Notes: a model not told the origin generated them from the letters alone. A stretch of 64,000 nt of DNA from an uncultured Ruminococcus sp. (GCA_949291125.1 CASEUJ010000016.1:67946-131945), one strand, 5' to 3'. Shown: positions 18,687 through 28,192, counted from the stretch's first letter. Made by a program: numbers and translations.

Positions 18687-20120
18687 ATGGAATCGAAATG
18701 GTTTGAAAAGATCAGGCATTTTTTTCTGCCATTGTATCAACAGGAGCTGGTGTCGGAAATAGAGCCGGATGCGTTCCGCAAACACATGAACGCGATGGTA
18801 GAATTGGATCAGGAACATCAGAAGGAATGTTTTCTGTGGTTCCGCCGTATGGCACGCCGAGGGTATCCTGATGCACAATTATTATATGCAGTATGTCTGC
18901 ATGATGGCGTCGGTACTGTACCAGATCGGGAAAAGGCACTCGCTGCGTTAGAGGATGCATTGGATCAGGAGTATGATATGGCGCAGCTTTTCTGGGGGAA
19001 TCTGCTTTTGCAGAGTAAGTCGGAGAGTACCCGCCAGGAAGCAGTGCGCTGGATCGAAAAGGCAGCGCGTCAGGGAAATGCTACAGCACAGTGTACACTG
19101 GCAGAATGTCATTTCAATGGCATTGGTACACGAAAAGATCATTCACGAGCATGTTATTGGTATGAAATGGCGGCAAAGCAAGGGGACGCGAATGCGCAGT
19201 TCTGGATCGGCTCATGTTATCATTTTGGAAATGGGGTCGAGCCGGATGAGGCTCAAGCGATGATGTGGCTTGAACGTGCTGCGCAACAGAATCACAGCAA
19301 GGCGCAGTTTGCGCTTAGCATGTGCTATTTTCACTATGAAGATCCGAAAAGTGATGAACTTGCGATCTATTGGTTGCGTCGTGCGGCAGCATTGGGAAAT
19401 CTTTCTGCAAAGTGTCAGCTTGGTATCTGTTATCTTGACGGAAGCGGCATTGATGCAGATCCAGAACGCGCGGTGGAATTGTTCCGCGAAGCTGCCGAAG
19501 CCGGCGATGCAGAGGCACAGTTTCAGCTCGGCAGCTGTTATCACTTTGGTACTGGGACGACACGCGATTTGGAACAGGCGATCGATTGGCTGAGGCGTGC
19601 GGCCAACCAGAATAATCCCTATGCACAGTATGCGCTCGGAACGTGTTATCAGGACGGCGATGGCGTTGAGATCGACCTTGATCAGGCATTGGAGTGGCTC
19701 GGACGTGCTGCCGCACAAGGATTGTCAGAAGCACAGTGTGCGATCGGCAGCTATTTTGTGGAGATTGAAGAGGATCTCCAAACGGCAATGCAATGGTTCC
19801 GCAAGGCATCTATGGCGGGCGATGAGAATGCCGACTATTTGATCGGGGTTTATACTTATACTGGTGATGATAATGTGGAAGATGAAGAGGCGGTGGAATG
19901 GTTTATACGTGCCGCAAAACAAGGACATGACGAGGCACAGTATATGCTGGGACTTTGTTATCTCAATGGAACTGGTGTCGATATGGATGAAGAAGAAGCG
20001 CACCATTGGCTCTGGCTTTCAGCAAAACAGGGACACGATGAGGCGAAAAAGTTGTTGGAGGACTATTTCTTCGACGATGTAGATGAACTGGAGGACGAAT
20101 CGGAGGATATCTCTGAATAA
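18687..20120 (+). CDS. Sel1-like repeat protein
   Basis: About eleven ~36-aa repeats AQxxLGxCYxxGxGxxxDxxxAxxWxxxAAxQG; acidic tail; SD AAGGAGG. Confidence 0.92.
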   Translation: MESKWFEKIRHFFLPLYQQELVSEIEPDAFRKHMNAMVELDQEHQKECFLWFRRMARRGYPDAQLLYAVCLHDGVGTVPDREKALAALEDALDQEYDMAQLFWGNLLLQSKSESTRQEAVRWIEKAARQGNATAQCTLAECHFNGIGTRKDHSRACYWYEMAAKQGDANAQFWIGSCYHFGNGVEPDEAQAMMWLERAAQQNHSKAQFALSMCYFHYEDPKSDELAIYWLRRAAALGNLSAKCQLGICYLDGSGIDADPERAVELFREAAEAGDAEAQFQLGSCYHFGTGTTRDLEQAIDWLRRAANQNNPYAQYALGTCYQDGDGVEIDLDQALEWLGRAAAQGLSEAQCAIGSYFVEIEEDLQTAMQWFRKASMAGDENADYLIGVYTYTGDDNVEDEEAVEWFIRAAKQGHDEAQYMLGLCYLNGTGVDMDEEEAHHWLWLSAKQGHDEAKKLLEDYFFDDVDELEDESEDISE

Positions 20121-20126
20121 AACTTT

Positions 20127-20624
20127 TCATCTTTTTGGTAGTGTGAATTGACGGGTATCATGTCCTTCGAGCTGTAATAGTTCAATTTTTCGTTTCATGC
20201 CTCCGAAATATCCTACAAGGTTTCCATCTTTTCCGATGACGCGATGGCAGGGGATCAGGATCGCAATGGGATTGCGCCGTACTGCGCCACCGACGGCTTG
20301 TGCCGCCATTTTTGGAATCTGCATCTCAGCCGCAGCGAGCTCTGCAAGCATGCCATAGGTTGCAAGTGACCCATATGGGATGCCCTGCATCAGCCGCCAA
20401 ATACGCATCTGAAATGGTGTGCCTTCCGGATAAAGCGGCGGCGGCGCTCCAGGGTCTTTACCATCAAAATAACAGTCGAGCCAAGTCCGCGTTTGGATCA
20501 GAACTGGGTTTTCATCGATCTGCTGTGTGGGCATTTCATCAAATTGTGCACAGATCAGTGCAGTGTCATTTGCCGTCAGGCAGATTCTTCCGACCGGGGA
20601 TTCATAGAGCATTTGAAACTGCAT
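20127..20624 (-). CDS. ogt: methylated-DNA-protein-cysteine methyltransferase
   Basis: GTPFQ..W, IPYG...TYG, AQAVGGA..RNP, active site PCHRV. Confidence 0.93.
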   Translation of the reverse strand: MQFQMLYESPVGRICLTANDTALICAQFDEMPTQQIDENPVLIQTRTWLDCYFDGKDPGAPPPLYPEGTPFQMRIWRLMQGIPYGSLATYGMLAELAAAEMQIPKMAAQAVGGAVRRNPIAILIPCHRVIGKDGNLVGYFGGMKRKIELLQLEGHDTRQFTLPKR

Positions 20625-20815
20625 GCAAATTTGCCGCCTTTCCTGCGCAATATTTTGGCTATACAGTTGACAACGTATGTCGTGTGCTGAACCGGAGTAT
20701 GCGCGTTGTATTTGGTTTTATTATAACAAACACAGCGCGGCATGTCAATCCAGCATAGATACGTTCAGATGAGTGCGGTGATTTGCGTGGAAATCTCAAA
20801 AAATTCCGAAAACTC

Positions 20816-20844
20816 TTTACAACTGACAAAAAATATGTTATAAT
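20816..20844 (+). promoter_or_regulatory. sigma-A promoter of pyrB
   Basis: TTTACA-17-TATAAT with TG extension. Confidence 0.65.
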
Positions 20845-20894
20845 GTGAAACGAAAATATGTTGTGGTTTCACACTGACTGCGAAACATATGGCG

Positions 20895-20926
20895 AAACCG
20901 CTTCGTGGATTCCGGAGCGGTTTTTT
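20895..20926 (+). terminator. leader terminator (attenuator) upstream of pyrB
   Basis: aaaccgcttcg-tggattc-cggagcggttt stem plus T-tract, lying between the promoter and the pyrB SD. Confidence 0.65.
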
Positions 20927-20976
20927 CACAAATAAACCATCAGATTTCACAAATTCCCCCACGGAGGTACGCGATT

Positions 20977-22062
20977 ATGATTTCACCTTATCCCCACCTG
21001 ATTGACTTAAATGACTATCCCGTTTCCTGGTGGAAACAGGTCGTTAATCTGGGCGAGCAGATCAAAAATCATCCAGAAATTTATGCCGGCGCATGTAGCA
21101 ATAAGATCATGGCGACGCTGTTCTACGAGCCGTCCACCCGTACCCAGATGTCGTTCCAGACGGCAATGTTGCGTCTTGGCGGTAGACTCATTGGTTTTGA
21201 CAATCCGGCAAACTCCTCAGTTTCCAAAGGCGAAACGCTAAAGGACACCACGAAAATCGTCAGCGGCTATGCAGATATACTAGTGATGCGTCACCCGGTG
21301 GCAGGTGCGGCAAAGGCGGCGGCACTCTCGGCAGACTGTCCGGTGATCAATGCCGGCGACAGTGGTCATCTCCACCCGACGCAGACGCTTACAGACCTTT
21401 TGACTCTGCAGTGCGAAAAAAGGCGACTGGATCATCTTACCATCGGTCTGTGTGGCGACCTGATCAATGGCAGGACGGTGCATTCGTTACTCAAGGCCAT
21501 GTCTTGTTTCCCAGGCAACCGCTTTATTCTGATTTCAACGCCCCAGTTGCGTTTGCCCTCGTACATGAAGGATATCTTGAATGCGAGCAATTGTGAATAT
21601 GAAGAGATTTCGTCGCTTGAAGAGGCACTGCCGGAACTCGACGTGTTGTACATGACCCGCATTCAGCAAGAGAGATTCGCAAGCCGTGAAGCATATCTCG
21701 CCCAGAAGGATACCTATATCCTTACTACCAAGAAGATGCAGGCGGCGAAAAAGGATCTGATCGTTCTCCATCCGCTGCCGCGTGTGGATGAGATCGAGGT
21801 GGCATTAGACGATGATCCACGTGCTATGTACTTCAAACAGGCACGCTATGGCATGTATGTCCGCATGGCGTTGATCATCACGATGCTCAATCTAGATACT
21901 CATACCAAACTGCTACACGGCAAGACTGTACCTGGTGCGGCATGTAAGAACCCCAACTGCATTACCTGTACAGAGTCTTATCTGCCCAAGAGCTTTATCC
22001 CTTTGGGCAACTCCTTGTTGGAGTGCGAATTCTGCAACGAACGACTTTTGATGGAACACTAA
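20977..22062 (+). CDS. pyrB: aspartate carbamoyltransferase catalytic chain with fused PyrI-type Zn-binding C-terminal domain
   Basis: FYEPSTRT, HPTQTL.DL, RIQ.ER, HPLPR; C-terminal CKNPNCI...CEFC. Confidence 0.93.
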   Translation: MISPYPHLIDLNDYPVSWWKQVVNLGEQIKNHPEIYAGACSNKIMATLFYEPSTRTQMSFQTAMLRLGGRLIGFDNPANSSVSKGETLKDTTKIVSGYADILVMRHPVAGAAKAAALSADCPVINAGDSGHLHPTQTLTDLLTLQCEKRRLDHLTIGLCGDLINGRTVHSLLKAMSCFPGNRFILISTPQLRLPSYMKDILNASNCEYEEISSLEEALPELDVLYMTRIQQERFASREAYLAQKDTYILTTKKMQAAKKDLIVLHPLPRVDEIEVALDDDPRAMYFKQARYGMYVRMALIITMLNLDTHTKLLHGKTVPGAACKNPNCITCTESYLPKSFIPLGNSLLECEFCNERLLMEH

Positions 22063-22074
22063 TGAGGTCACACG

Positions 22075-22615
22075 GTGAAAATGCAAAATGTGCTGCGGCA
22101 GATCATGGCGCGCGGAGAAATGGTTGCCATTTATGGTGATGCGTTTGATTATGACTATGATTTCGTCGGCTATATTCAGGCAATGGACGAAAACGGGCTG
22201 CTGCTGTCCAAGGAGAATCACGGCGGATATCCCAATGGCTTCGTGCTTTTACCGACGTGATCTATTTGAAACAGACACCAAAGACATTAGACGGCATGAG
22301 ATGCTGTATCGATTGAGAAATCTCCAACCTGCTACATTTCCCGTGGATTCCCGACAAGATCTGCTCGATCAAGTGCTGCGCATTTGTCTGGAAAAGCGCC
22401 TGTTCTGCAACCTTTTCAAAAAAGAAGAGGATGAGGGCGACAATCTGGGATTTTTGTCAGAACTCCATGAAGACTATCTCGTTTTCTCTAATATTGATCA
22501 GTATGGCGATTATTTCGGAAAAAGCTATATTGCAACATCCGATATTTACCGCATTTTCATTGAGGGCGAATATGAACAGGCGGCACGCTTGCTCTATGAT
22601 ACAAAGCACCTATAA
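22075..22615 (+). pseudogene. frameshifted hypothetical protein made of two similar repeats
   Basis: ORF 22075-22260 stops at TGA; protein-like sequence continues in the +1 frame to 22615; halves share G[YF][IL]...[DE]..L......G...G. Confidence 0.65.
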
Positions 22616-22628
22616 CAATTGTTGATGC

Positions 22629-22668
22629 ACGGCTTACCGCACTTCTCTGTGGCAAGCCGTTTTTCTTT
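22629..22668 (+). terminator. intrinsic terminator
   Basis: acggcttaccgca/tgtggcaagccgt stem plus T-tract. Confidence 0.65.
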
Positions 22669-22813
22669 GCCCCTTTGCCCTTGGGAATTTTGCACGAAAG
22701 CGGTACATCAATTCTTTGTGCAAAACTGCCTTTGCAAATTTTCCGAAAAACTGATATACTGAAAATATCGGAAATCACACGTAATTTCCAGTACTTTCAG
22801 GAGGTATCGTACA

Positions 22814-23053
22814 ATGAAACGAATCCAATCCGCGTGCATCTGTCAGACTCTGCACTTCCAGCTCAAGGATGGTGAAGAACACGACTATGCCGCTAAAAAA
22901 GTGCAGCAAGAGGTTGAACATTATAAGCAATCTCTTGAGCGCGGCCGCACACAGTACCGCATTCTTGAAGAAACGGTACAGCCGGATGACTCCATCGTCA
23001 TCAAGATCATCAAGCAGTATAACCAAAGCCCAGTCGGAGAATACCTCGACTAA
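22814..23053 (+). CDS. small hypothetical protein (79 aa)
   Basis: SD AGGAGG; promoter TTGCAA-17-TATACT at 22732-22760; own terminator. Confidence 0.8.
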   Translation: MKRIQSACICQTLHFQLKDGEEHDYAAKKVQQEVEHYKQSLERGRTQYRILEETVQPDDSIVIKIIKQYNQSPVGEYLD

Positions 23054-23075
23054 ATCTGGGGAGCATATAGCACTG

Positions 23076-23124
23076 AAAAACCACCACGATCTACACATGC
23101 AGATAGAGATCGCGGTGGTTTTTT
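23076..23124 (+). terminator. intrinsic terminator
   Basis: aaaaaccaccacgatct...agatcgcggtggtttttt. Confidence 0.7.
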
Positions 23125-23246
23125 CTTCTGGTATTATTTAATTTTCTAAAACTGGTAATTGTCATAATACCAAAAATGTGATAGGATATTATGCATACCA
23201 TCGCACGTACGATGATATCATATCCATTATATCAGGAGGCATATTC

Positions 23247-24119
23247 ATGGAAAGTCGTGATTCACTCAACAGAAATCTTGCCCAGATGCTCAAGGGCGGC
23301 GTGATTATGGATGTTACAACACCGGAACAGGCGAAAATTGCCGAAGCTGCCGGCGCATGTGCAGTGATGGCGTTGGAACGCATTCCGGCGGACATTCGTG
23401 CTGCAGGTGGTGTTTCCCGCATGAGCGACCCGAAAATGATCCGCGGCATTCAGGAGGCTGTTAGTATTCCAGTCATGGCAAAATGTCGAATTGGTCACTT
23501 TGCCGAGGCACAGATCTTACAGGCGATTGAAATCGACTATATTGACGAAAGCGAGGTATTATCCCCGGCAGACGATAAATATCATATTGATAAGTCCAAA
23601 TTTGATGTTCCCTTTGTCTGTGGAGCAAAAGATCTCGGTGAAGCGCTGCGACGGATCAACGAAGGGGCATCCATGATCCGTACCAAAGGTGAACCGGGCA
23701 CAGGCGATGTCGTACAGGCGGTGCGTCATATGCGCATGATGCAGGCAGAGATACGGCGGCTGATCTCCATGTCAGAGGACGAATTGTATGAAGCCGCAAA
23801 ACAGCTTGGCGTACCATATCATCTGGTGCAATATGTCCATGAAAACGGTAAACTGCCGGTGGTAAATTTTGCCGCCGGTGGTGTTGCCACACCAGCAGAT
23901 GCGGCACTGATGATGCAGCTCGGCGCAGAAGGTGTTTTTGTGGGATCAGGCATTTTCAAGTCCGGCAACCCGGCAAAACGTGCTGCGGCAATTGTCCAAG
24001 CGGTCACCAATTATCAGGATGCCAAATTGCTTGCAAGGCTCTCCACCGATCTGGGCGAAGCGATGGTCGGAATCAATGAGGATGAAATCGCACTTTTGAT
24101 GGCGGAGCGTGGAAAGTGA
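23247..24119 (+). CDS. pdxS: PLP synthase lyase subunit
   Basis: [43 protein letters not shown]. Confidence 0.97.
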   Translation: MESRDSLNRNLAQMLKGGVIMDVTTPEQAKIAEAAGACAVMALERIPADIRAAGGVSRMSDPKMIRGIQEAVSIPVMAKCRIGHFAEAQILQAIEIDYIDESEVLSPADDKYHIDKSKFDVPFVCGAKDLGEALRRINEGASMIRTKGEPGTGDVVQAVRHMRMMQAEIRRLISMSEDELYEAAKQLGVPYHLVQYVHENGKLPVVNFAAGGVATPADAALMMQLGAEGVFVGSGIFKSGNPAKRAAAIVQAVTNYQDAKLLARLSTDLGEAMVGINEDEIALLMAERGK

Positions 24120-24724
24120 TGCGCATCGGCATTTTAGCACTACAGGGTGCATTTGCAGAACACCGCACAATTCTTCATAAACTCGGTGCAGAAAGCTTTG
24201 AGATCCGGCAGAAGCGAGATCTTGATCGTTCCATGGACGGCCTCATTCTACCCGGCGGTGAAAGCACTGTAATGGGGAAATTGCTTCAAGATCTGGATTG
24301 TTTTGCAATGCTGCACGAAATGATTTCAGGTGGACTTCCCACATTCGGTACATGTGCCGGTCTGATCTTATTGGCAAGGTTCGTTGAGGGCGGCGAGACA
24401 CAGTTCGGTACTATGGACATCACCGTACGCCGCAACGCCTATGGTAGACAACTTGGCAGCTTTGCAACAACTGGTGAAATGGAGGGCGTAGGAGAAATCT
24501 CGATGGTTTTTATCCGTGCGCCATATATTGAAAAAATTCATGGAAATGCAAAGCCGCTTGCAGTGGTGGATGGACATATCGTTGCCGCAAGACAGGATCA
24601 TCAACTTGTGACTGCATTTCACCCGGAGTTGACCGCGGACACACGCGTGCATGCATATTTTTTAGAGATGGTGAAGACACATGCTGCAAAATATGATTTT
24701 CCAGAAAATGGTACAACGCACTAA
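24119..24724 (+). CDS. pdxT: PLP synthase glutaminase subunit
   Basis: LALQGAFAEH, PGGEST, GTCAGLI, RNAYGRQ, FHPE. Confidence 0.96.
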   Translation: MRIGILALQGAFAEHRTILHKLGAESFEIRQKRDLDRSMDGLILPGGESTVMGKLLQDLDCFAMLHEMISGGLPTFGTCAGLILLARFVEGGETQFGTMDITVRRNAYGRQLGSFATTGEMEGVGEISMVFIRAPYIEKIHGNAKPLAVVDGHIVAARQDHQLVTAFHPELTADTRVHAYFLEMVKTHAAKYDFPENGTTH

Positions 24725-24800
24725 AGTTTTTGCGACCGGTTTATTGTCATACTAAAGCTACTTCCACTCATCATGCAAAAAAACACGAAAAAACTACCTG

Positions 24801-24829
24801 TGATAGTTTTTGCATTTTGTGTGATACTA
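24801..24829 (+). promoter_or_regulatory. putative sigma-G-like promoter of the SASP gene
   Basis: TGATA-17-GATACTA, same geometry as the spoVT candidate. Confidence 0.35.
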
Positions 24830-24919
24830 CTATTGCGCCGGAGAACAGACGTCAAACAAAAGATTCTGCGATCCGGCAAATCGAAAAGAATTTAAAACAG
24901 TAGTAAAGGAGAATGCACC

Positions 24920-25099
24920 ATGAAGGGTGAATTTACGCAGAAGGGCAAAGAAGCCATGGAACGTTTTAAGATGGAATCCGCAAGTGAAGTTGGTGTTACA
25001 CTCAAGCAGGGGTATAACGGCGACCTGACTGCACGCGAAGCAGGCAGCATCGGTGGTCAGATGGTCAAGAAGATGATCGACGCATATAAGATGCAGTAA
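24920..25099 (+). CDS. alpha/beta-type small acid-soluble spore protein (59 aa, absent from the ORF track)
   Basis: MKGEFTQKGKEAMERFKMESASEVGVTLKQGYNGDLTAREAGSIGGQMVKKMIDAYKMQ; SD AAAGGAG. Confidence 0.93.
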   Translation: MKGEFTQKGKEAMERFKMESASEVGVTLKQGYNGDLTAREAGSIGGQMVKKMIDAYKMQ

Positions 25100-25167
25100 C
25101 TTGTGATCATTTCCGATCTGAATATTCTCATGATTTGCATGCATGATAGCATGATTTGATGATTTTC

Positions 25168-25230
25168 AAAAAACGCCTTCTTCCCGGCGCGCGCAGCATG
25201 CGCACTATGCCATTGGGAAGAGGGCGTTTT
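25168..25230. terminator. bidirectional terminator-like hairpin
   Basis: aaaacgccttcttccc...gggaagagggcgtttt between convergent genes. Confidence 0.55.
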
Positions 25231-25264
25231 GTATGGGAATTTATGTCTGGAAATATCCGGAAAT

Positions 25265-25855
25265 TTACTCAAAATGCTTAGAGATTGCTTCGCGTACGCG
25301 TCTAGATATTTCTGCGGTATGATCTTCTTCACCTTCCGGCAGGGAGAGCTTATGTAACATGCGAACCGAAACCGCCAGATCCAGAGCAAATAAAATCGTG
25401 AGCCCGGTCAGAATCTTGAATGTTAGACTATATGGCATCCGATGAAACAGTCCCATAAAAAATGGATTCATGTAATAAAGTGCAAACGATCCTAAAATTC
25501 CAAACGGCAGCGTCGTTTCTAGACATATTCTACCGCGGATGTTGAATTTCATATCGTGATAATCCCACCAGCGTGTATGGAACAACCGTTCCATCAACAC
25601 GCTCACCATATATTCCAGCAAGGAACAAAGCAAAATAATAAGCAGGAATGTGCGCCAGAAATTGTTTGACAGATCTTGTAGAAGCATTGTGATCGCCACA
25701 AGCCCTACGCCATAGATCGGGCAATATGGGCCGAGCAGGAATCCGCGTTTCGTCACACGCTTTTCCCGAAAGCTCATGTATATTGTTTCCATGCACCAGC
25801 CCAGAAATGCATAGGCAAAGAAAATAAATACATATTCCGGAAGAGTATGTATCAT
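25265..25855 (-). CDS. DUF1113/CmpB-like membrane protein (often labelled putative ABC permease)
   Basis: FFAYAFLGWCME, RGFL.GPYCPIYG.G, WWDY...FNI.GRICL. Confidence 0.88.
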   Translation of the reverse strand: MIHTLPEYVFIFFAYAFLGWCMETIYMSFREKRVTKRGFLLGPYCPIYGVGLVAITMLLQDLSNNFWRTFLLIILLCSLLEYMVSVLMERLFHTRWWDYHDMKFNIRGRICLETTLPFGILGSFALYYMNPFFMGLFHRMPYSLTFKILTGLTILFALDLAVSVRMLHKLSLPEGEEDHTAEISRRVREAISKHFE

Positions 25856-26349
25856 ATCTGATGATGTCCTCCTTTTTTCCCAAGCGTCTTTATCATACGC
25901 CAATACACAACGACAGTTTCTAATGTCGAGCAATATTTGTCCGCCGCACACACCACGAAAGCCTCTTTCGAACGCGGCATACTGCGCAGTGTCAGTGGCC
26001 ACATGTGAGTTGAAATAATATGTTGTACCTGTGGGTTCACACGGAAATGCAGTCTAGCATTCCGACAGGCAATGTGGGGATGTGCAAAACCATGGAGCGT
26101 GCCTTGCGTCTTGTGGTTATGCCAGTCATATAAGTAGAAATCATGCAGTAATGCACCGGCAATGAGATCCCGATAGTTTACATTCAAATGCAGCCGCGAT
26201 GCAATAGCGCAGCTGACACGTGTTACAGACAGCGCATGCTGCAGCGTTGTCGTTGTTCCGTGCTGGATAAATGTATCCATAGAACTTACGCGGTCGTCCG
26301 ACAGATAGGGCTTCAGATATTGTTGTAATTGTGTTTTTTCAAAAGCCAT
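25852..26349 (-). CDS. HD-domain phosphohydrolase
   Basis: IQHG, H..SV, GALLHDFYLYDWH, HGF.HP, HMWPLT, ADK; ATGA overlap with the downstream gene. Confidence 0.88.
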   Translation of the reverse strand: MAFEKTQLQQYLKPYLSDDRVSSMDTFIQHGTTTTLQHALSVTRVSCAIASRLHLNVNYRDLIAGALLHDFYLYDWHNHKTQGTLHGFAHPHIACRNARLHFRVNPQVQHIISTHMWPLTLRSMPRSKEAFVVCAADKYCSTLETVVVYWRMIKTLGKKGGHHQI

Positions 26350-26761
26350 CTCTGATTGTTCTCCTTCTGTGGGCGTGCCGCTTTTTCGTCATCGCGGTTA
26401 CATGATAGATCCCAACGATTCGAAACGCATATAAAATATCGTCGTTCCATGAAATATTATAGCGGATTTTTATTACATTGTCAACGTTTTTAGGGTTAAT
26501 TTTCGGTTTTCCACCGTAAATTGAAGTAAAAAGCAAACTGGTTTTGTCCATTTTCACAAGGATATTGAAAATTCACATGATCATAGCCAGCACAATTTTT
26601 ACTATTTGTATATTATCACTAAAAAATATAAACTTTTCATAAAATCGCTTGCGCGAAATGATCAGCTATGTTATAATATAGGTAATTTGCTTTAGAATTC
26701 ACCCATATGGTGTGATCAGAACACAGCCTGCCGTTTTGTGCAGGATTCAGGAGGGTTTTTC

Positions 26762-28192
26762 TTGCGATATTATCACATGCTATTATCGATTGCGACAATT
26801 TGTTGTGCGGCAATCTGGTGTGGTACAATGGCGCCGCCGGCTTCGGCGCAGGAGTATGCCGCCGGTCTTGAAATGTCGGAATCGGCAGTTGTTGCGACGT
26901 CTACGACACTGACGACGGAAACATCTTCTGTTACAGAGCGTTGGGAACAAGATGATTCCGGCATCTGGCGTTATTATGATGCACAGGGGATCGTCGCTAC
27001 TGGAGAAGTAACGATTAATGGTCAGGCATATGCTTTTGCGCCAGATGGCACACTTTATACCGGTTGGCAGACCGTAGATGGTGTGCGGCGATATTATGAT
27101 CCACTTACAGGAAAGGCGCGTACTGGCTGGATCTATTACCAACAGGCATACTATTATGTGGATCCTGAAAGTGGAAAATGCACCGGCACGCAATATGGTT
27201 TGCCGACACTGACAGGAGAACCGACCGCATCATCCGAAAAGTTCCTGCTGGATAGCTATGGGGCACTTCAGCTCGGATATTTTACGCACGAAGATGGTAG
27301 CCGTTATTATGCGGATGAAACGACCGGTGTCATTGTGACTGGCGAATATGAGCTAGGCAGTGATACCTATTATTTCGATACGGACGGCAGGCAGCTTACC
27401 GGATGGATTGTGATCGATTCTAACCGTTGTTATTTTGATACGACTACCGGAAAAAAGCGTACTGGACTTGTCCGAATCGAAGGGAATACCTACTATCTCA
27501 CCGCAGACAGTGGGATGCAGACAGGACTTCAAAAGATTGCAGGAACACTGTATTATTTTCAGAAAGATGGAACGCTTCTGACCAATTCCGACATTTCGAT
27601 CGATGGTGTTACATATCACGCCGATGCAACAGGCGTACTGAAAGAAGTGCCGAAAGAACCGGAGATCACGAAGGATGAGAAGGGACGCACTAGCATTATC
27701 GCGTCATCTCAAGCAACCGTTGCACAGATGACGGCATATATCCGATCAGTTAATCCAAATGTAGCGCAGAGCGTCATCAATATGATCCCATATTATCTGA
27801 GCGAAGGAGAGAAAGAGGGTGTGCGTGGGGATATTGCATTTGCACAGTCTTGCCTGGAAACGGGGAACTTTACGTTTCAGGGCTCTGCGGTATCGCTAGA
27901 TCAGAATAATTTTTGCGGAATGGGCGTGACACAAAATGGCGAAAAGGGAAATTCTTTTGCTACGCCGCAGATAGGCATCCGCGCACAAATTCAGCATTTG
28001 AAGGCGTACGCTTCTACAGATGCGCTTGCACAAGAATGTGTCGACCCCAGATTCCGATATGTCCACCGTGGCTGCGCACCATATGTGCAATGGCTTGGAA
28101 TACAGGAAAATCCGCAGGGCTATGGTTGGGCAGCCGGCGCAAATTACGGCGACAAAATTCTGAAGATCTTGTTGACTATCTTAAAAATGTAA
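26762..28192 (+). CDS. secreted cell-wall-binding-repeat protein with C-terminal glucosaminidase (GH73-like) autolysin domain
   Basis: Signal peptide; repeated TGW..IDG..YYFD units; AFAQSCLETGNF, NNFCGMG, GWA...NYG. Confidence 0.85.
   Translation: MRYYHMLLSIATICCAAIWCGTMAPPASAQEYAAGLEMSESAVVATSTTLTTETSSVTERWEQDDSGIWRYYDAQGIVATGEVTINGQAYAFAPDGTLYTGWQTVDGVRRYYDPLTGKARTGWIYYQQAYYYVDPESGKCTGTQYGLPTLTGEPTASSEKFLLDSYGALQLGYFTHEDGSRYYADETTGVIVTGEYELGSDTYYFDTDGRQLTGWIVIDSNRCYFDTTTGKKRTGLVRIEGNTYYLTADSGMQTGLQKIAGTLYYFQKDGTLLTNSDISIDGVTYHADATGVLKEVPKEPEITKDEKGRTSIIASSQATVAQMTAYIRSVNPNVAQSVINMIPYYLSEGEKEGVRGDIAFAQSCLETGNFTFQGSAVSLDQNNFCGMGVTQNGEKGNSFATPQIGIRAQIQHLKAYASTDALAQECVDPRFRYVHRGCAPYVQWLGIQENPQGYGWAAGANYGDKILKILLTILKM

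Noticed and set aside
26762-28192. Phage endolysin or prophage remnant
   Set aside because: Has a signal peptide and wall-binding repeats; no holin, integrase or structural genes nearby
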